This document shows positions 9,214-19,205 of a stretch of DNA of 29,755 bases, one piece after another. How positions within the stretch are numbered: position 1 is the first letter of the stretch; each line of letters opens with the position of its first letter. The notes under the pieces are model-generated. The model did not search any database and had not been told where the DNA came from. It worked only from the letters and a program-made list of their open reading frames with translations. This stretch comes from a virus (lineage: Duplodnaviria > Caudoviricetes). The stretch spans positions 1 to 29,755 of IMG/VR virus record IMGVR_UViG_3300030376_003411. One strand, written 5' to 3'. Made by a program: the position numbers and the translations under genes.

Positions 9214-11178
9214 ATGGCAATAGCACCAGTAAATAAGTTTATATCAGTAATGGTTCCTGTTGCACCAGGAGAGCAAGAACTATATGAAGTACCCACAGGA
9301 ACTTCTGCTTTATTGCTATATGCACAAGTAGCTAATGTTGGCGTGGGTACAACATATCCAACAGTTACTTTTATTCAGAGAAGAGAGACAAGAAGTACAG
9401 GTAATACTAGAGATGTTAGAGTAATAAAAGATGTTGAGATTCCTCCTAATGATGCATTAATTTTAATTGACGGTAGATTGGTACTGGAAAAGACGGCATT
9501 GGTATCAGATAAGTTATTAATTACAGGAACACAAACTGGAATAACAACAATTACTAATGTTCTTTATGATGAACCTACTGGAATAGTCACGGTGAGCACA
9601 ATGGGTGTTCATGGATTTTCTGCAGGTGAGCAAATTACATTAGCGGGAATTGCATTTACGTGTGATTCTTCTGCAGGAATTACCACTAATATATTCCCTG
9701 ATCCTCAGAAATCATATATTGTTGATACTATAGTAGATGCTGTAGGAACATCTAAGACATTTACCGCAGCTGTTGGTGGATCTAAAGGATATAAACATGT
9801 ATATAATCCAACTCCTCATAGATATGTTCGTTCTAGAGAAAATTCTGTTACCGTAACGGGTGCAGGAACTAAGTTTACTCCTACAGATGGAAGTTATAAT
9901 CCTGCAACTGGAATTGCAACATTCCATATTTGTGATCATGGTATGATGACTGTAGATGGTTCATATACACCTACTGGTGCTGCTTATAATGGGGATACTG
10001 GTGTAATGACTCTTACTCTAAGTGGTCATGCATTTACTGATGGGAGTTTAGTTAAGTTTGATGATGATGCATTATCATTTAAGTGTGCGATGGATGGTAA
10101 TAGTAATACAAAAACATATCCTCGTACTGATATAGATCCAGCAAGTGGTACATGGTTAAAGACCACATATATTGATTCATCTAATTTTAGTGTAAATGTC
10201 GGAGCATCTCCAAAAGAATATTTTGATGTCAGTGCAGCAGATTATGATCCTACATCTGGAATTGCTACTTTAACGATTGGTAGGCATAACTTCAGTGCAG
10301 GAATAACAAGTATTAGATTATCTCCCAAATCTTTACAGTTCAGTTGTACTTATGGTAGTGGTGGCATAGGTTCATATCCTAGACCAAGTGGATATGGTGG
10401 TGCAACTGCTAATGATCCTTCTTACAATCTTCCTGTTGGTATTGCGGCAACAACAACCACTACTATTAGTGTAGATGTTCTAAAGGCAGTTAGTCCTACA
10501 AATACAAGTCCTCATACTTTTGTTCCTAATACTGGATTAACACCTGTTAATTCAAATGGTGTAGATGCAACAGCATATAATGCATCTACTGGTGTTTTAA
10601 CTCTTGCTTTTGATTATGAACATGGTATGGAAACTGGAGATGCTATTAAAATTGATAATAATGGAATAACCTTTAGTTGCGGTTATTGTGGTGCAGTTGG
10701 TATTAGTTCTCAAAAATCATATCCAAGACCAAATGATCCTGCAGCAGGAAATTGGTTACCTGTCACTGTTACTGGTACTAAAAAATTCACTGTAAGTGTT
10801 GGTAATGCAGGTGATGCCTCTGGTGAGACTCATTATTTTGAGTCTGCTGTTGCAAATTGTATTACTAGATCTGTTGTGATAAGTGGTGGTAATTATACAC
10901 ATTCATTTGTGACTGCTACTGCGGGTGGCATGAAGAAATCTACCAATACGGTAACCTTAGATAATAATTCTCAGATATTTACCTGTTCTATGGATAATAA
11001 TAAATCCGAACATTCATATCCTAGAACAACTGATCGTATTGCTGGTATAGCAACACCTATTGTCGAAGCAGATGATAGTAATATTGCCATATATGTTGGT
11101 GTAACAACTGCAGGTGGATTTGTAGGTCCATTACAGATGGAATTTATGGCTAGTATCCTAGAGAATAGTAATGCCTAA
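9214..11178 (+). CDS. Virion structural protein with about five inserted repeat domains (654 aa)
   Basis: Repeated pattern Y-x-x-x-TG...H(G/A/N)...F-x-C...YPR-x-x-D...V-x-VG...H-x-F. Starts 1 nt after the previous stop and overlaps the next gene by 8 nt. Confidence 0.7.
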   Translation: MAIAPVNKFISVMVPVAPGEQELYEVPTGTSALLLYAQVANVGVGTTYPTVTFIQRRETRSTGNTRDVRVIKDVEIPPNDALILIDGRLVLEKTALVSDKLLITGTQTGITTITNVLYDEPTGIVTVSTMGVHGFSAGEQITLAGIAFTCDSSAGITTNIFPDPQKSYIVDTIVDAVGTSKTFTAAVGGSKGYKHVYNPTPHRYVRSRENSVTVTGAGTKFTPTDGSYNPATGIATFHICDHGMMTVDGSYTPTGAAYNGDTGVMTLTLSGHAFTDGSLVKFDDDALSFKCAMDGNSNTKTYPRTDIDPASGTWLKTTYIDSSNFSVNVGASPKEYFDVSAADYDPTSGIATLTIGRHNFSAGITSIRLSPKSLQFSCTYGSGGIGSYPRPSGYGGATANDPSYNLPVGIAATTTTTISVDVLKAVSPTNTSPHTFVPNTGLTPVNSNGVDATAYNASTGVLTLAFDYEHGMETGDAIKIDNNGITFSCGYCGAVGISSQKSYPRPNDPAAGNWLPVTVTGTKKFTVSVGNAGDASGETHYFESAVANCITRSVVISGGNYTHSFVTATAGGMKKSTNTVTLDNNSQIFTCSMDNNKSEHSYPRTTDRIAGIATPIVEADDSNIAIYVGVTTAGGFVGPLQMEFMASILENSNA

Positions 11179-14100
11179 GTATCTGAGTGGAAGGGCTAAA
11201 GTAACCCCACAATCAAAATTAAGTGATGACAGATATAAGTATCTTGATTTAGGTTCTGCTGAACCAAATTTAGGTAATCCTCCTGTTGGAGGTAGTCCTA
11301 GTATTCCAGCTGGAGATCAATATCAAGTAGTATCTGTTCTTGGTGATGATAATGAAGTAAATAGATATTGGATTCCAATTGGTGGTGGTGTAATACCTGG
11401 TTCTATTAGTGTATTTGAAGAAGGAAGTCTTGTAGGTACTGGTAATAGTATCACGCAACTTAATTTTACTGGTAATTCTATAACTGCTGTAGCAGCTCCT
11501 TATACTCCAGGTGTTACCGCAGGTAGCATAGCTACGATTACAACAGCACCACCAGGAAATAATTTTGAGGTATTATATAAAGAAAGTGGTGATTTTGCAA
11601 CATCTTCTAATTTATTATATAATGGTAGTATAGGAATACTCACAAGTGGTAAAGGTTTACATGTAGGTCTTGGTGGAACTGTTATCTCAGCTTTTGGAAC
11701 TGCTGGTATTGCATCGGTAGGTATTGGTACCACAAATCCATCAAGAGCATTACATGTTAGAGGAGATTTAAGATTAACTGGTACGATTTATGATGGTGAT
11801 AATTATGGAGGAGGTACTGGAAATTTACTAGTAAAAGCTTCTGATGGTTCTGTAGAATGGAAACAACCTGAAAATGTACAAGCTGGTGCTGGTGGTACTG
11901 TATCAGAAATACAATATCATGATGATACTGGTTTATTAGATGGTGCACCTAATTTTGTATGGATAGAAAGCACTCAAAGAGTGGGTATTGGAAGTACTCA
12001 ACCAAGGACTTTATTGGATGTAGTAGGAATAGCTTCATTTAGTAATGTAGAGGTAAGTGGTGTTTCTACTTTTATTGGACTTACTACTTTCAGAGATGAT
12101 ATAACAGTATCTGGAGTTTCTACATTTGAACAATTAACCCAAAAGCGTCTTGTTTATATTGGAGCTGGAAGTACTCTAGTAGATAATGCGAATTTAACAT
12201 TTAATGGAACAGGGTTAAATGTAATTGGACTTGTCACTACAACTAATTTAAATGTTACTGGTGTAGCAACAGCAGGATTTGTAGAGATTGGAGGAGATGA
12301 TGATTATACAATTAGGACAACCAGTGGAAATCTTAAATTCGCTGCAACTGGTGGAACAATACGTGCAGAAGATAAAGTTAGTATAATTGATACTACTGAA
12401 GTAAGTGATTATACGACAGGTGCTTTACAAGTTAATGGTGGTGGTCATTTTGATAAATCTTTACTGGTTGGTGGTGGATTATCAGTTGTTGGTGGTGCTG
12501 GAACAAGTGTTTCTCCGATTGGAGTCGGAGTTACTTTATGTTCCGCACGTGGAATTACTACTACTGGTGGTGATTTGTATGTTGGGGGTAATTTATATGT
12601 AGATGATGATTTATTCTTAGATGAGGGTAATTTCCAAAGACTTATTGTAAATCCAGGAGTCTCTACTTTTATTGGAATTGCAACTTTCCAGAATAAAGTA
12701 TGGTTTAATAAAGATGTAGAATTTTTCGGTCAAACTGCTGGTGTTACATCTGCTTTCTGGGATCAATCTGCTGATGCATTTAAATTCCTTGATAATGTTA
12801 AAGTAATATGGGGTATTGGTGGAGATTTAGAAATATATCATGATTCTGAAAATAGTTACATTAAAGATACTGGGACAGGAAGTTTAGTAATTGATGGTAG
12901 TCAAGTTGATATTAATGGAAGTACGGGTGTAAATTTAAAGCATAACACCAATACAAAATTAGAAATCATTAGTGGTGGTATTGAAGTAACTGGAACTGTA
13001 ACTGATGATGGTGCAACTCATGATGGTGATGTAACTTTTACTGGTAGTAACTCTAATTTACAATGGGATAAGTCTGCGGATGCATTAGAATTTAAGGATG
13101 AGACCCAAGCTAGGTTTGGTAATAATAATGATTTAAAAATATCTCATACTAGGGATCTTGAAAGTCAAACTGATTCTAATGGAGATTTGGTTCTTGATGG
13201 TGATAATTGGTGTTCATATATCGAAGAGACTGGAACAGGTCCATTAATATTTAAGACAGATGGTGGACCTGGAACAGGAGCATATCAATTCTATGATAAA
13301 CTTTGGAGACCAATATTAAGATTATTCAGTGGTACTGGTGCAAGACTTTCTGCATATTATGCAGGTCATGAAGTATTAGCTACTAAGTATGGTGGAATTG
13401 ATATAACTGGAAATGCTGGTATTGGCAGTCTTACTGTAACTGGTGTTTCTACATTTTTAGGGCCAGTTCATGATAAGGATGGTGATGCTGGAATTAATGG
13501 TCAACTATTACAAACAACAGGAAGTGCAGTAGATTGGGTTTCTCCAGGTGATTTAACTGTTCTAAATTCTACTAAAGTTGGTGTAGGTAGTACTAGTATT
13601 GATGGTAAGAATGATACTTCACTTCCTGGCATTGGAACTTATTATATGTCTTTTGTCGAAGATGCTAATCCTTATGATAATAGATCAAATGAATATCTTT
13701 ATACTTCCAATTCATTTGCATATGATGTAAGGCAGAGAAGAGTTGGAGTAGGAACTTCAGCACCACGTCATGACTTGGACGTTGTTGGACACACTACCAC
13801 TACTCAATTAAGTGTTTCTGGTGTTTCTACTTTTTATGGAGTTGTAACTGCAAGAAAGGGTGTAATAATTAATAGTGAAGGATTAAGTGTAATAGGTGTT
13901 TCTACTTTTGCGGATACTCTTGTTCCTGCTTCTAATGAGGGAACTAATATAGGTGTAAGTTCATCTTTACGTTTTAATAATGTCTATGCTAAGAAATTTT
14001 ATGGTGAATTTGAGGGTCTTGTATCTGGTGTCAATATATCTAAATATTCATCTTCATTTACTGCCAGTGCTGGAGTTGCGGTTGGTATAGATACTTTTGT

Positions 14101-14350
14101 TAAAAATAGTTATGATAGTGCAGAATATACGATATATTTCTCTAATGGTGGTAACATTCAATCTCAAAAACTATTAGTTATGGATGATAATACCAGTGTA
14201 TTTTCAAATGAATATGCTGTAATGTATAATACTTCTCAGATAGTTGATATAAGTGCTGTAGTTGATGGATCAAATATAAAAATAAATGCAACACCAGTAA
14301 CAGGAGTTAGTGGTAATACAACTTATAGTTATATTAGAATTATATTATGA
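11171..14350 (+). CDS. Long tail fibre-like protein (1059 aa)
   Basis: Gly/Thr/Val-rich; VGIGT and GVSTF motifs; duplicated WDxSADA..F.D.....G...DL.I.H module; compact C-terminal domain (SAEYTIYF...QSQKLLVMDD...NEYAVMY). Confidence 0.75.
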   Translation: MPKYLSGRAKVTPQSKLSDDRYKYLDLGSAEPNLGNPPVGGSPSIPAGDQYQVVSVLGDDNEVNRYWIPIGGGVIPGSISVFEEGSLVGTGNSITQLNFTGNSITAVAAPYTPGVTAGSIATITTAPPGNNFEVLYKESGDFATSSNLLYNGSIGILTSGKGLHVGLGGTVISAFGTAGIASVGIGTTNPSRALHVRGDLRLTGTIYDGDNYGGGTGNLLVKASDGSVEWKQPENVQAGAGGTVSEIQYHDDTGLLDGAPNFVWIESTQRVGIGSTQPRTLLDVVGIASFSNVEVSGVSTFIGLTTFRDDITVSGVSTFEQLTQKRLVYIGAGSTLVDNANLTFNGTGLNVIGLVTTTNLNVTGVATAGFVEIGGDDDYTIRTTSGNLKFAATGGTIRAEDKVSIIDTTEVSDYTTGALQVNGGGHFDKSLLVGGGLSVVGGAGTSVSPIGVGVTLCSARGITTTGGDLYVGGNLYVDDDLFLDEGNFQRLIVNPGVSTFIGIATFQNKVWFNKDVEFFGQTAGVTSAFWDQSADAFKFLDNVKVIWGIGGDLEIYHDSENSYIKDTGTGSLVIDGSQVDINGSTGVNLKHNTNTKLEIISGGIEVTGTVTDDGATHDGDVTFTGSNSNLQWDKSADALEFKDETQARFGNNNDLKISHTRDLESQTDSNGDLVLDGDNWCSYIEETGTGPLIFKTDGGPGTGAYQFYDKLWRPILRLFSGTGARLSAYYAGHEVLATKYGGIDITGNAGIGSLTVTGVSTFLGPVHDKDGDAGINGQLLQTTGSAVDWVSPGDLTVLNSTKVGVGSTSIDGKNDTSLPGIGTYYMSFVEDANPYDNRSNEYLYTSNSFAYDVRQRRVGVGTSAPRHDLDVVGHTTTTQLSVSGVSTFYGVVTARKGVIINSEGLSVIGVSTFADTLVPASNEGTNIGVSSSLRFNNVYAKKFYGEFEGLVSGVNISKYSSSFTASAGVAVGIDTFVKNSYDSAEYTIYFSNGGNIQSQKLLVMDDNTSVFSNEYAVMYNTSQIVDISAVVDGSNIKINATPVTGVSGNTTYSYIRIIL

Positions 14351-16587
14351 TTAATACTAGTGCTACGAGTTACGAAGAACGGAAAGTAGCTTTTGAAGCA
14401 TATAAAAATACGTTACCAAAAGAACCGTCAGGTGATGTAAAAAAAGAATATTGTGTAGGTTGCTTTCAAAAAAGTGACTGGGAATTTATTCATGAAGAAT
14501 TAATGAAAGATGGATCATTAGAGGATAATATACCCACAGATAAGTGTGATTGTATTAATGATTGTCTTCAAAGTGATGTAAGAGGAATTTATTTATTAAC
14601 AGATACAGAAGCAACTGAACTTAGAGTAAATCCAAAGGTAAATTATGTTAATGTTAATACATGTGTATATCCAGGAACATATCAAGATAATCCAGATAAT
14701 TTAGTAGAAGTTAGTCCTACTAATAGATATGGAGTCACTGTAAAAAATCAACAACAAGTAACTGCAGCTACTGGAGGTATTCTTGAAAATATTAATTCTG
14801 ACAAATTAAATAGATGTAGTGCTCAATTATACAGGCATACAATAAAAAAGAATCCTTGGGTGACATTAGGAAATCCACAAGTTGTAGTTAATGATAGAAT
14901 AGAGCAATATGGAACAGGAGTAGATGTTGATGTAATTGTATGTGATCAAGATATGTGGTTTGGTCATATTGAATTTCAAGATCCTGATGATATTACAAAT
15001 ATAAAAACATACGATGCTTCACAACCAGGTAGTGTGGGGGGAAGTGCCTCAACTGTGGCACCAAGTAATTTTGTTGGTGGTAATGTATTAAAAAGTGGAT
15101 TTGCTAGTTCGTCTACAAATGGAACATGTGGTTTATTAGATTTGGTTTTAGATGCACCTTACTATATTGACCCTGCATGGTTTGAAGCTGATGCAGGTAA
15201 TAGATTAGTGCAACGTTGGGATGGAACAACGGTTCCTGCAACAGCTGTTGCAGTACAATGGTGGTCTGATGCTTCTAAAAGATCTGCTGCTTTTGCAAGT
15301 GCAGGAACAGTGTCATATTCTGCCATATCTAATTATTCAAGAGCATCTTGCAATGGAAGTAATACTGCATATAAGACAGGAACTGGATATCATGGAACAC
15401 CTTGTGCATCACAGGCATATGGAAGACAATATGGTTGGGCGTATAATGCAAATAAATGGTTTTTAAATCTTTATGGAACTAATAGTGTGGGATTTGAAGT
15501 TGGTTTTGATATGCAGAAAATATTTCATGTTAATAAACCAAATCGATCATCAGATGATACAAAAAATCCAACAATATCAAGTAATAGTTGGGGAAGAAGA
15601 TTTAGTGCATCTGAATTAGGATCAAGTGGTTATTATTTTTATCGACCTGCTTCGATTGATGGAAGTACAACTGGAGTGCAATATACCAGTTGGAGTGTAA
15701 ATGGAAATACTGATGGTAGTGGTGGAACTGCTCCAAGATTTATGACTAATCGATACACAAGTGGATATCAGATACAGTGTGAACCTGTAAGTGGATCACC
15801 TGTAACTGCTGCGAATGAAATGATTGCAGCAGGAGTTATTTTTGTATGTGCTGCTGGAAATCATAATCAAAAAATGGTCAAAAGCACTCATGCAGATTAT
15901 AATAATTATGTTGGCCCTAATAATAATAGTTCTTTAAATTCAACTCAATTTTTCTATTCATATGATTCAATTACTTATCATAAGACATTGGATAGAGGAG
16001 GATTTCCCCAAGCATTTAATAATGCCCTTAATATTGGAGCATTGGATGATGTTTTTATATCTGGGAAAGGGATGAAAGTAAATTATAGTTCTACAGGTGA
16101 TTTGGTTGATTGTTATGCAGTAGCAGATGACTCATTATCAGCTGCTGATAATCGAAGTAGTGGATATGCTCGTTATGATTCTTTTTACACATATAATTCA
16201 TCACAATCTGTGCTTTCATATGATAGATTATTTAATGGAACTAGTTCAGCATGTCCTATTGCAGTAGGTTTAATTGCCACAAAATTGCAATATAATAGAA
16301 CTTGGACAAGTTCTGATATTAAAAATTGGTTAGTATCAACTATCGGCCAACAAGATGCAGATGATTTTTATTATGGTACAGAATCAACAACTGTAAATGA
16401 CACAACTTGGTCGGATAAGAATAGCATACAGGGTGGTGCAGGGATTATTCCTTACGACAGTCCAGTTTCTGATCCTCCTACTCCTCCTGCTCCTGCCGAC
16501 CCATCAGATGGAAGATTTACTATATCTTCTGGTAGTCTGGTCATTACAGGAAACGAAGAACCTCTTACTATAAGTCTAAATAACTAA
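14347..16587 (+). CDS. Subtilisin-like serine protease, peptidase S8 (746 aa)
   Basis: Catalytic motifs in subtilase order: D200 (VDVIVCD), H349 (HGTPCAS), oxyanion N505 (FVCAAGN), S633 (FNGTSSACP). Also SSNSWG, NIGALD, a propeptide-like N-terminus (YLLTDTEATELRVNPKVNYV) and a Pro-rich C-terminal linker. ATGA overlap with the upstream fibre gene. Confidence 0.9.
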   Translation: MINTSATSYEERKVAFEAYKNTLPKEPSGDVKKEYCVGCFQKSDWEFIHEELMKDGSLEDNIPTDKCDCINDCLQSDVRGIYLLTDTEATELRVNPKVNYVNVNTCVYPGTYQDNPDNLVEVSPTNRYGVTVKNQQQVTAATGGILENINSDKLNRCSAQLYRHTIKKNPWVTLGNPQVVVNDRIEQYGTGVDVDVIVCDQDMWFGHIEFQDPDDITNIKTYDASQPGSVGGSASTVAPSNFVGGNVLKSGFASSSTNGTCGLLDLVLDAPYYIDPAWFEADAGNRLVQRWDGTTVPATAVAVQWWSDASKRSAAFASAGTVSYSAISNYSRASCNGSNTAYKTGTGYHGTPCASQAYGRQYGWAYNANKWFLNLYGTNSVGFEVGFDMQKIFHVNKPNRSSDDTKNPTISSNSWGRRFSASELGSSGYYFYRPASIDGSTTGVQYTSWSVNGNTDGSGGTAPRFMTNRYTSGYQIQCEPVSGSPVTAANEMIAAGVIFVCAAGNHNQKMVKSTHADYNNYVGPNNNSSLNSTQFFYSYDSITYHKTLDRGGFPQAFNNALNIGALDDVFISGKGMKVNYSSTGDLVDCYAVADDSLSAADNRSSGYARYDSFYTYNSSQSVLSYDRLFNGTSSACPIAVGLIATKLQYNRTWTSSDIKNWLVSTIGQQDADDFYYGTESTTVNDTTWSDKNSIQGGAGIIPYDSPVSDPPTPPAPADPSDGRFTISSGSLVITGNEEPLTISLNN
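16575..16582 (+). promoter_or_regulatory. T4-type late promoter variant (TCTAAATA) in last codons of protease gene
   Basis: One mismatch to TATAAATA, 16 nt before the ATG at 16599, in the same TAAATAACTAAAAA context as the box at 25231. Confidence 0.6.
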
Positions 16588-16598
16588 AAAAATATAAA

Positions 16599-18950
16599 AT
16601 GGCAGAAAAGGGCTTTGGAATTAAACAACTGGATATTATAGGCTCTACTGGCACACCCCTTGTAGAGAGTAAGATTGGTTTAAATTTTCGATTAGGTGGT
16701 CAAGGTCCAGGTGGTATTGGGCATACCGTAGGTATTGGAACCACAGGTTTAGCAACTTGGTTAACAACAAAAAATAATGCAGATCCTGATAATGTAACCA
16801 CTCTTAATTGTGGTATTATAACGGCTAATTATGTTTATGGTACTTTTAAAGGTATTATTGATCCCACAAGTTCTACGATTAGTCTTAATAGCAATATTCA
16901 AGATGTCTTAAATGTTGCTGCTAATCAAATTTCTGCCGATGATGCTGGTGCCGATAAAATTGTATTCTGGGATGATGATACTGGTAAATTAACCCATTTA
17001 GGTGTTGGAACTGGTTTACAAATAAGTGGAACTACTCTAAATGCTACTTCTGATGCAGGTAAAACTTATACATTAGAAGGTGTTGACTCTGGTGATAATG
17101 CCATCTTAAGATTAAGTGATGGAACTACAAATGATGATGTTCTCATAACAGCAGGTACTAATATTACTCTTAATCCTGTAGCCGCAGGTGGATTTACTAT
17201 TGGTGCTGTTCAGGGTGCTGGTTTTGCATTAGATGCATCAGTTACCGATGTTTTAGATATTACTTCAGGAACTCTAAGTGCCGATGATCCTGGTGCTGAT
17301 AGAATTATATTCTGGGATGAGACAGCAAATAAGTTAACTCATTTAACTGCTGGAACTGGACTTACAATATCTGGAACTACAATAACTGCTAATAGTGATG
17401 CAGGTAAGACATATACTTTAGAAGGTGTTGACTCTGGTGACAATGCTATTTTGAGGTTAAGTGATGGATCCACAAATGATGATGTAACAATAACAGCAGG
17501 AACAGGTATTACTCTTAATCCTGTAGCTGCAGGTGGATTTACCATTGCTGCTAATAGTAATGCAGGTAAGACCTATACTTTAGAAGGTGTTGACTCTGGT
17601 GATAATGCTATTTTGAGATTGGGTGATGGGAGTGTTAATGATGATGTAACAATAACGGCAGGTGCTAATATTACTATTGATTCTGTAACTGCTGGTGGGT
17701 TTACCATTAAGGCTGATCCAGGTGCTGGTCTTATATTAGATGCATCAGTTAGCGATGTTTTAGATCTTACCACAGGAACTTTAAGTGCCGATGATCCTGG
17801 TGATGATAGAATTATATTCTGGGATGAAACCCAAGGAATGTTAACTCATTTAACTGCTGGAACTGGTTTACAAATAAGTGGAACTACTCTAAATGCTACT
17901 GCTGATGCAGGTAAGACTTATCAATTAAAATGTACAAAAGATGCAGATGGTGGAGATACTGGAACTGATGCGGATCCATATTTATTTTTAGATGCTTCTT
18001 CTGGAACTGATGATTCTGTTCGGATTGTTGGTGGAACTAATATTAATGTAACTCGTAATGATGGTGGTCAATTAACGATTGAGGCCAGTGGTACTGCAAC
18101 AACAAATGAAATAATACAAGGTAATACAAAAGCAGAAGTAATTGATACTGGTATTGATGGACACTTTAAGGTAACAACAGAAGGAACCGAAAAACTTCGC
18201 ATTGAATCAGATGGGGATTGTCTCTTTTTAGGTGGCGTTTTACGGATTAAAGATAGTGGAAATAGTGCTCAAAGAGGATCTATTTACGGAGATGCTAGTT
18301 CTTTTCATATAAATGCTGGAGTTAATAATTTAATTGCTTATTCAGCAGGGACAGAAAGACTTCGTATCACATCAACTGGTGCATGGGGTATAGAAGGAGC
18401 ATCTAATTATGGTACATCAGGTCAAATATTAACCAGTAACGGTAATGATTCTCCTACATGGCAAACTGGAACTTCAGCAACTACTGTCACTGTTAATGAT
18501 GAGGGATCCTCATCATGGCGAGATATTGTTTACTCTGCTGGTTCAGGAAGTGGCGAGACTCTTCGGTGTAATGATACAACAGGAGCTGTCAATGGTTTGC
18601 AAGTAAGAGCTAGTGATGGTGCTATAAGAGTAAAGGGTGATATTACTGCTTATCGTTCTTCTGATATAACATTAAAAGATAATATATCTCCAATTAAAAA
18701 TGCACTTGCCAAAGTTTCTTCAATCAGTGGTAATACATTTACATGGAATGAAAAATCTACTGATGATAAACAAGGAAATGATGATACTGGTGTAATTGCT
18801 CAAGAAATTACTGCACTTGGACTTCCTGGTGTTACAACTACAAGAGAAGATGGAACTCAGGCGGTCATGTACGAGAAACTTGTACCACTTTTAATTGAAG
18901 CAATTAAAGAACTTAAAGAAGAAGTAGATGAATTAAAATCTAGATCTTGA
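16599..18950 (+). CDS. Tail fibre with internal tandem repeats and C-terminal S74 intramolecular chaperone (783 aa)
   Basis: Two interleaved repeat families; TEKLRI/TERLRI fibre motifs; S74 signature SDITLKDNI...GVIAQE...YEKLVPLLIEAIKEL from 18660, followed by a coiled coil. Confidence 0.85.
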   Translation: MAEKGFGIKQLDIIGSTGTPLVESKIGLNFRLGGQGPGGIGHTVGIGTTGLATWLTTKNNADPDNVTTLNCGIITANYVYGTFKGIIDPTSSTISLNSNIQDVLNVAANQISADDAGADKIVFWDDDTGKLTHLGVGTGLQISGTTLNATSDAGKTYTLEGVDSGDNAILRLSDGTTNDDVLITAGTNITLNPVAAGGFTIGAVQGAGFALDASVTDVLDITSGTLSADDPGADRIIFWDETANKLTHLTAGTGLTISGTTITANSDAGKTYTLEGVDSGDNAILRLSDGSTNDDVTITAGTGITLNPVAAGGFTIAANSNAGKTYTLEGVDSGDNAILRLGDGSVNDDVTITAGANITIDSVTAGGFTIKADPGAGLILDASVSDVLDLTTGTLSADDPGDDRIIFWDETQGMLTHLTAGTGLQISGTTLNATADAGKTYQLKCTKDADGGDTGTDADPYLFLDASSGTDDSVRIVGGTNINVTRNDGGQLTIEASGTATTNEIIQGNTKAEVIDTGIDGHFKVTTEGTEKLRIESDGDCLFLGGVLRIKDSGNSAQRGSIYGDASSFHINAGVNNLIAYSAGTERLRITSTGAWGIEGASNYGTSGQILTSNGNDSPTWQTGTSATTVTVNDEGSSSWRDIVYSAGSGSGETLRCNDTTGAVNGLQVRASDGAIRVKGDITAYRSSDITLKDNISPIKNALAKVSSISGNTFTWNEKSTDDKQGNDDTGVIAQEITALGLPGVTTTREDGTQAVMYEKLVPLLIEAIKELKEEVDELKSRS
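16884..18090 (+). repeat. Interleaved repeat array A-B-A-B-B-A-B'
   Basis: A = DVL...SADD.G.D.I.FWD....LTHL..GTGL.ISGTT (3 copies). B = AGKTYTLEGVDSGDNAILRL.DG..NDDV.ITAG (3 copies plus one diverged). B2 to B3 period is 162 nt. Perfect 43-bp repeat at 17006-17048 and 17858-17900. Confidence 0.9.
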
Positions 18951-18975
18951 CAAATACTTCTATATGTGATACTAT
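18947..18975 (+). promoter_or_regulatory. Sigma70-type (early/middle) promoter
   Basis: TTGACA (18947-18952), 17-bp spacer, TACTAT (18970-18975), with extended -10 TG at 18967-18968. The -35 box overlaps the TGA stop of the fibre gene. Confidence 0.8.
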
Positions 18976-18999
18976 ACAATGAGTCACATTAGTGCATGG

Positions 19000-19179
19000 A
19001 TGGACGAAGAATTTTTAATGAAGTGTGTGGTTGACCCCACCAAGAAAACTTTCTATCTCTATTCTAACGAAGGAGATACGAAAGAAGTTGTATGTGATAA
19101 CACAGAACAATTCATGAATGTGTTAAGTGTTGTTCGGGCAACTTGTCCTGAAGATAGGTTAGTATATACTGACGTATAA
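19000..19179 (+). CDS. Small acidic hypothetical protein (59 aa; alternative start 18979)
   Basis: MDEEFLMKCVVDPTKKTFYLYSNEGDTKEVVCDNTEQFMNVL... The ATG at 18979 is only 3 nt after the -10 box and probably upstream of the TSS, so the in-frame ATG at 19000 is preferred. Confidence 0.7.
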   Translation: MDEEFLMKCVVDPTKKTFYLYSNEGDTKEVVCDNTEQFMNVLSVVRATCPEDRLVYTDV

Positions 19180-19182
19180 ATA
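19175..19182 (+). promoter_or_regulatory. T4 late promoter, perfect consensus TATAAATA
   Basis: Exact match overlapping the TAA stop at 19177-19179, 23 nt upstream of the ATG at 19206. Confidence 0.8.
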
Positions 19183-19205
19183 TCGGAGGTAATGAAAGGT
19201 GACTA

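Noticed and set aside
6879-18090. Regularly spaced repeats as a CRISPR array or shufflon
   Set aside because: The repeats are degenerate, in frame and protein-coding. No unique spacers, cas genes, inverted crossover sites or recombinase are seen.
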